The notes below the pieces were generated by a model that saw only the letters and a list, made by a program, of their open reading frames with translations, had not been told where the DNA came from and made no database searches. A stretch of DNA of 64,000 bases. Origin: Tubiluchus corallicola (lineage: Eukaryota > Animalia > Priapulida). The position numbers and the translations under genes are program-made. The stretch lies in NCBI GenBank assembly GCA_030141605.1, contig JAQGDQ010000007.1, positions 1,661,173-1,725,172 on the forward strand. The letters run 5' to 3'. Position 1 is the first letter of the stretch. The number at the start of each line of letters is the position of its first letter. This document shows positions 59,060-64,000 of this stretch, in pieces.

Positions 59060-61995
59060 TGTCTGCAAAAACCAACAAAAAACATTTACTGATTTAGCCA
59101 TTATTTTTGATCAATAGATGCTTTTGCCAATACAATTCTCAAATTGACATTTTCAAAATCGTATCATCTTCAGTGAACAAATTACATTCTTTTAGTTGGC
59201 AGTAATGCCGTCACAAGAATTGATCAGAAGCTAATTAATGTTGTCGCTGGACTGAAAATTATATTTGAGCACCAATGCATCAAAAACTGTGCTTTTCACA
59301 ACACCTTTCTGATAACTCCTTGTGTGTGAATTCAGTAATGAAGGCAATTTGCATATTGAAAGCATAATAATAATGTGAATAATCACGTTCCTCCACTCTA
59401 CAACGAATTTGTGAGGCTCGTTATAGTAAAATCACGCGGCTGCGAACATAAAGCTTCTTATGAACACACAAACTGCAAGCAGTATATATTCTTCTATACA
59501 AAGATACTACCTGTTTAAAATGTATAAGTGACAGAAAGCTGATTATCCAGTGCATTACAGTAGAAATTAGCTGACAAAACAACAAACATTTTTTTTATTT
59601 TCAGTCAGTACTTAAACTGTTCAGCTCATTGCACAACTGTTGACTGCCTTACAAAATTACTAAATTTTATGTATAATTTTGCACAGTGACAATGCATAAT
59701 AGATAGGCAGCTGGTTATTTTAAATAAGCCATGTTAGGTCAAAGCTACAGTGTTTCATTTCATTCTAGGAGTTTTAGAAGTCCATACACATATTTTACCC
59801 AGATCTCATGGGTGACTGACGCAGATCAATATGAAATTTTCTGAACAGCAAAACATCTGCGTAACCCTTTATGTGTCACTGCTTATTACAACTCTTCTTC
59901 TTTGGCCATGTTTACCTTCTTGGGCTTTGTAAATCAGGACTCTTGAAAAGCAGTCCCATCTATACAGCAGTTGAAAGTGTAACGTCTCTGAAAGCGTAAA
60001 TCCAGATAAATTTGTATAATGGTTTTGGCCTTTTATTATTTTTAAATTAAGAACGTAGGTTGACGGTAATAGACGTTCCTATAGTTTGACTTTTGTGATA
60101 TCGTAGTTTTATTTTCAGTGATATCTGTTTTTGAGATAGCTGCAGTATCGATAAAGAAACCTCAATTAGACAGATATTTAAAAGCAGAGAAATTCAGGCA
60201 CGTTTGTTTTTACCAAGCTTTCATCCAACTATATACGAACGCAATATTTCTAAATTACTTCTCAAACTTTGATGTTATTCTCGTACGCATCTATTTACTG
60301 ACTTGATTAAGACAGCAAAAGTTCTCCGAAATTCTGAGTGGCTTTTGTTATTGCAGGCTTAGTTTGCATTGTTTCTGAAATAGCTTTTAAAAGTCTGTGA
60401 ATTGTGCCCTTTTAGTATCAAAGTATGTTGTATTAGGACCTATAAATACGTGGTAGATTCTGAGCCAAATTGAGGAATATCTGTGACATCTTACACTCAC
60501 AAAATCTTGCTTTAAAAATAATATTTTGTAGACAATCAATAATTTTCCTCATGATCTGGACGTTCTTCTTAGTTACATATACCAAGTACTTTTATTCTGA
60601 TATAATGATATTTTATGTGGTTAATTAGTGATTGTTATGAGTCATTTATCATTAATTACTTGATCAAAAAATCACATCTAAGATTCATTGAAGTGGCAAA
60701 CTTTATTTTAATTTATTTAATATGGTGTTTACGTTCAAATAACTGGGAATTTAAGTGTGAGTCTGTGCCGTGTGAAACTCTCGGTAGTCTGACTTGCGTT
60801 GATAAAACCATTTGAAAATCTGTCATGCCTAATATGATATCATTATGTTAGTGAAGTTACTGACCATTTTGCTCACAACTTCCTTAAACTGAAAAATACT
60901 GTAGCACCATCGTTATTAAGGACTGAACTTTTTATCACACTGCTATTGGCTTATTGGCAAAACCGATATCAATCAAAATTATGCTGCTTTAAATGGCTCA
61001 ATATCCTTGTATTTCTCATTGCTATTTTTTCTTCTGTCTTGCTAAAAGCTTCAGTTGCATTCTTCTTTCACTCTGATTCTGATGCGACACCCGCCGTTAA
61101 ATTATATTGTCTCGGCTGGCGAACTATCGTTATGAATTTCATAAAGGCACCGGCGAAATTTCGCTCTACAGTCGCTAGCTTGATTTGCAGCTGACACACG
61201 AAAATGAAATCTCCTTTGCTGACAAATTAAAACGCGTTTCTATTATGCCGTAGGTAACTGACACTGCGCATCTCAGTAGCTTCAGCTGCATTGTGAAACT
61301 AGGCTCAATTTATGTGGCAGTTAATTAGCTTTCACGAATTTTTCCCAATAGAAAACGCATAGGAAACACAAAGCCCGATATTCTGGCTTCTAATTAGAAA
61401 TTGTTTATTGCTCACTTTAATAGGAATGAGAGTCTGTAAATTACTCACTGGTGAGCTCTACTGCTAACTGTTATTAAAGCTGGTTGTAATACAAATAAGC
61501 TCAGTTCAATCTGTGTCGCGGTAATTACCCTTGGATGACCATTGGCTTGTCCTTGTTAGGTCGACTAAATTGTCTGCACAAGGTGGATCAATATAGTAAA
61601 TTCACATTGACCCCAATTTATCGTCTGTTGTACAGGAAGCCAGCCTGCTAGTACTTTGACTGGTTTCAGTTTAATGTCAATACTGTTTTGAAATGGCTTC
61701 ACTTCCTTCTTTCTATTTGTCCTCCGAACTGGCATGCGCCTGAAAATTCTCTCTGATCTCAAAAACGTTGCGGATTGGCAGAATGAATTGTTTAGATTAT
61801 ACATATGATATACTCTGCAGAGCATGGAGCTCAACTGAACAGACGACATTGCTGAAATTGTCTTTCTTTTCAGTCCATTAAACCGTTCGATAACCAATTG
61901 TTTTCAATACGTAAACGATTCAATTTAATACCCATTTTTCTGCGAATTTTAGTACTTACAAAACGAATTTTTAGTAGCTTCGCTATGCTTGAAAG

Positions 61996-62700
61996 CAGGG
62001 CCAGCTATACCACTAGGGAAATTAGGCACTTGCCCAGGATGCCAAATTTTTTGGGGCGCCAAATTCTGGAAGTAATTCTTAAATTTTTTAGATTAGTTTT
62101 AGCATAAGTAATTGTATATATTATACTAATGTACTATACTATACTAATATTATACTAATATAACATAGTGTGTGTATAACATAAATGCACAACGTTTTAA
62201 CTTGCTGAAACAAACTGCTTGTGTTATACTCCTGTCGAAATATATAGACGCCAATATGAACTTGTCTTCTTGCAGCAAAATACTTTCCATTTTTGCTTTA
62301 CCTGCCTTCTTAAGATTACATTATTCAACGTTTTATTGTAGACACCATTAGCATGTTAACCCGCTTTTGCGTACAGTGTACATTGTACGCATACTGTGTG
62401 GCAGCAGAGAAAGTAACGACTCTTCATTTTATAAAAAAATTTCTTGCAAAAGCGCATCTAATTATGACAAATAAATCTATAAAAATAGAAGCTTTCAGGG
62501 CCATAATACGGGAAAAACAAGGTAAAAAAGCTGGTGAACATTGAACGGCAAAAGATTCGTCAAAGAACTATTTGCAATCAGACAGAGTTATGGCTGTGAA
62601 GATGATGAAACTAGTAATTTGGTGTATGAAAAAGAAGTTATTGTTTCAAAAATTTTCTGGTGAAAAGATCGAGCGCATAGTCAAGAGTATGTACACGAAC
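61996..62700 (+). mobile_element. hAT-like transposon left end (relic)
   Basis: CAGGGCCAGC..aggcacttgcccagg..ggggcgccaaatt terminus resembling hAT non-autonomous elements; right boundary not defined. Confidence 0.4.
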
Positions 62701-63236
62701 AATATGCAGCAGAAATTGCAATGGACTCATAAATTCAACTTGAAATGAAATCGACACAAGCTGTAGATAGATAATTGACTACAGTTAATTAGTACACTTA
62801 GTAAACTAGCTATTGGACAAAAAGCTGCGCATTCAATTTCTCGTTTTGTTATCGTCATTTGATGTATTTTAAGATTATTAATGGTTATCTGTAAATTAAT
62901 TTCTCGGGTAAAGCAGCCATGATGTTCGGGACAGGGTGCTTAGTCCCGTATCTTCGTTGATGGGACACACACTCAGACTGAATGTAACTTACCTAATATA
63001 GATAATTAACACACTTTGCATGAATGTAAATGACATATATTACGAAAAAATAAGATGATCTGAATTTGGTCCATGGTACAAGGGTGCCGATGACGTCGTC
63101 ACTGCCCCTGGCGTACAACTTAGACACAAAATTCTTGTAGCAAATGGCCGATTTCTTATTGGTCCATAATACATTTCGTAACATTTTGTGGCTTCGCTTG
63201 CAAGTTAGGTACAAATAATTTATTTTGCGAACTGGC

Positions 63237-63915
63237 TAAAGGGTACTGATGACGTAATTTGGTCACTTCGTGTGTTCCTAGATCATATCATTAATCATTT
63301 TACCAAATGAAAGCGCACATAACACTTCCTGTTCGTCCCTGCTAATAGTAGCGAAGAGTCTATCTGTGATCATTTTTAAGTTATAAGCCTCCAAAGTGCA
63401 TGTTCCTAAGCACAATTTCGTGACCTTTTAGTGTCCTGGGACAGTAAGCCAAAATGCAAAATTTTATAAAAATGCCCAAAAACGCTATTAAAATGGTTCA
63501 AAGAAACTTTCCTAAACGTTTGGCAGCTGTATCCAGTCAGTTCTCTTTTTTCAGCTAATAGACCAGACTATTGATTTTGTGAAATGGATAGAGGGGTACC
63601 AATGATGTAATTTGGCCATTTCGAGTGTTCCAATGTCACTAATCGTACTACCAAAAGAAAGCCCACATTTAAGTTCCTATTCGCCCCTAATAGTACATAA
63701 GTGTCTATCTGTAAACGTTTTGGAATTATAAGCCTCCAAAGTGGACTATTTCGTGACCTTTTAGTATCACGGGACAGCGGGCCGAAGTGCAAAATTTTAT
63801 TAAGATCGCCAAAACGCCGTTAGAATGACCTAAAGAATCATTCCTGAAAGTTTGGTAGCTGTGTCTGGTCAGTCTCCATTTCGTTAAAATTTGGCCTTAA
63901 CAGATCAGACTAAAA
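63237..63915. repeat. Two diverged ~350-bp tandem units, possibly Helentron/DINE-1-like
   Basis: Units at ~63237 and ~63590 share gggtac..atgacgtaatttgg, ctaatagta, ttataagcctccaaagtg, tttcgtgaccttttagt and tgcaaaattttat, each ending near cagac. Confidence 0.65.
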
Positions 63916-64000
63916 GTTGTTTTAGTAAGTTAGAACGCATTTATCCTATTAGAAGAAGCTAAGATCGATTAAACTGTTTGGTCTAAACCTAGAGCATTGA

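Noticed and set aside
59060-59101. First 14 codons of the listed 878-aa LRR ORF
   Set aside because: They read through a pyrimidine tract and AG acceptor; the signal peptide fits the Met at 59059.

Overview
AT-rich, intron-rich animal (probably invertebrate) genomic DNA; no prokaryotic features. I assembled four host genes by hand from splice sites. (1) A 27-exon integrin alpha subunit without an I-domain, alpha4/9-like (minus, 32482->1346, ~1130 aa). (2) A 6-exon SWEET1/SLC50A1 sugar transporter (minus, 41512->34545, 232 aa). (3) An ACL4-like TPR ribosomal-protein chaperone (plus, from 47608, 10 exons; last exon not found in the window). (4) A single-coding-exon LRR transmembrane receptor (minus, 59059->56465), apparently nested antisense in the ACL4-like gene's last intron. 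One integrin intron holds a ~12 kb nested insertion: (CT)n microsatellite > 5'-truncated LINE > head-to-tail Helitron-like array with a (TA)n tract > young full-length Ty3/Gypsy element (311-bp LTRs, 2 mismatches). The Gypsy has several oddities: gag starting inside the LTR, a non-canonical -1 slip site, one frameshift in RT, and a long integrase tail with PPPY and PSAP motifs. Other introns and intergenic DNA contain hAT, Academ, CR1, RTE-X-like and MITE relics. I found no clearly new multi-gene system; the best leads are the Gypsy peculiarities, the Helitron array, the nested LRR gene and a possible U12-within-U2 intron.
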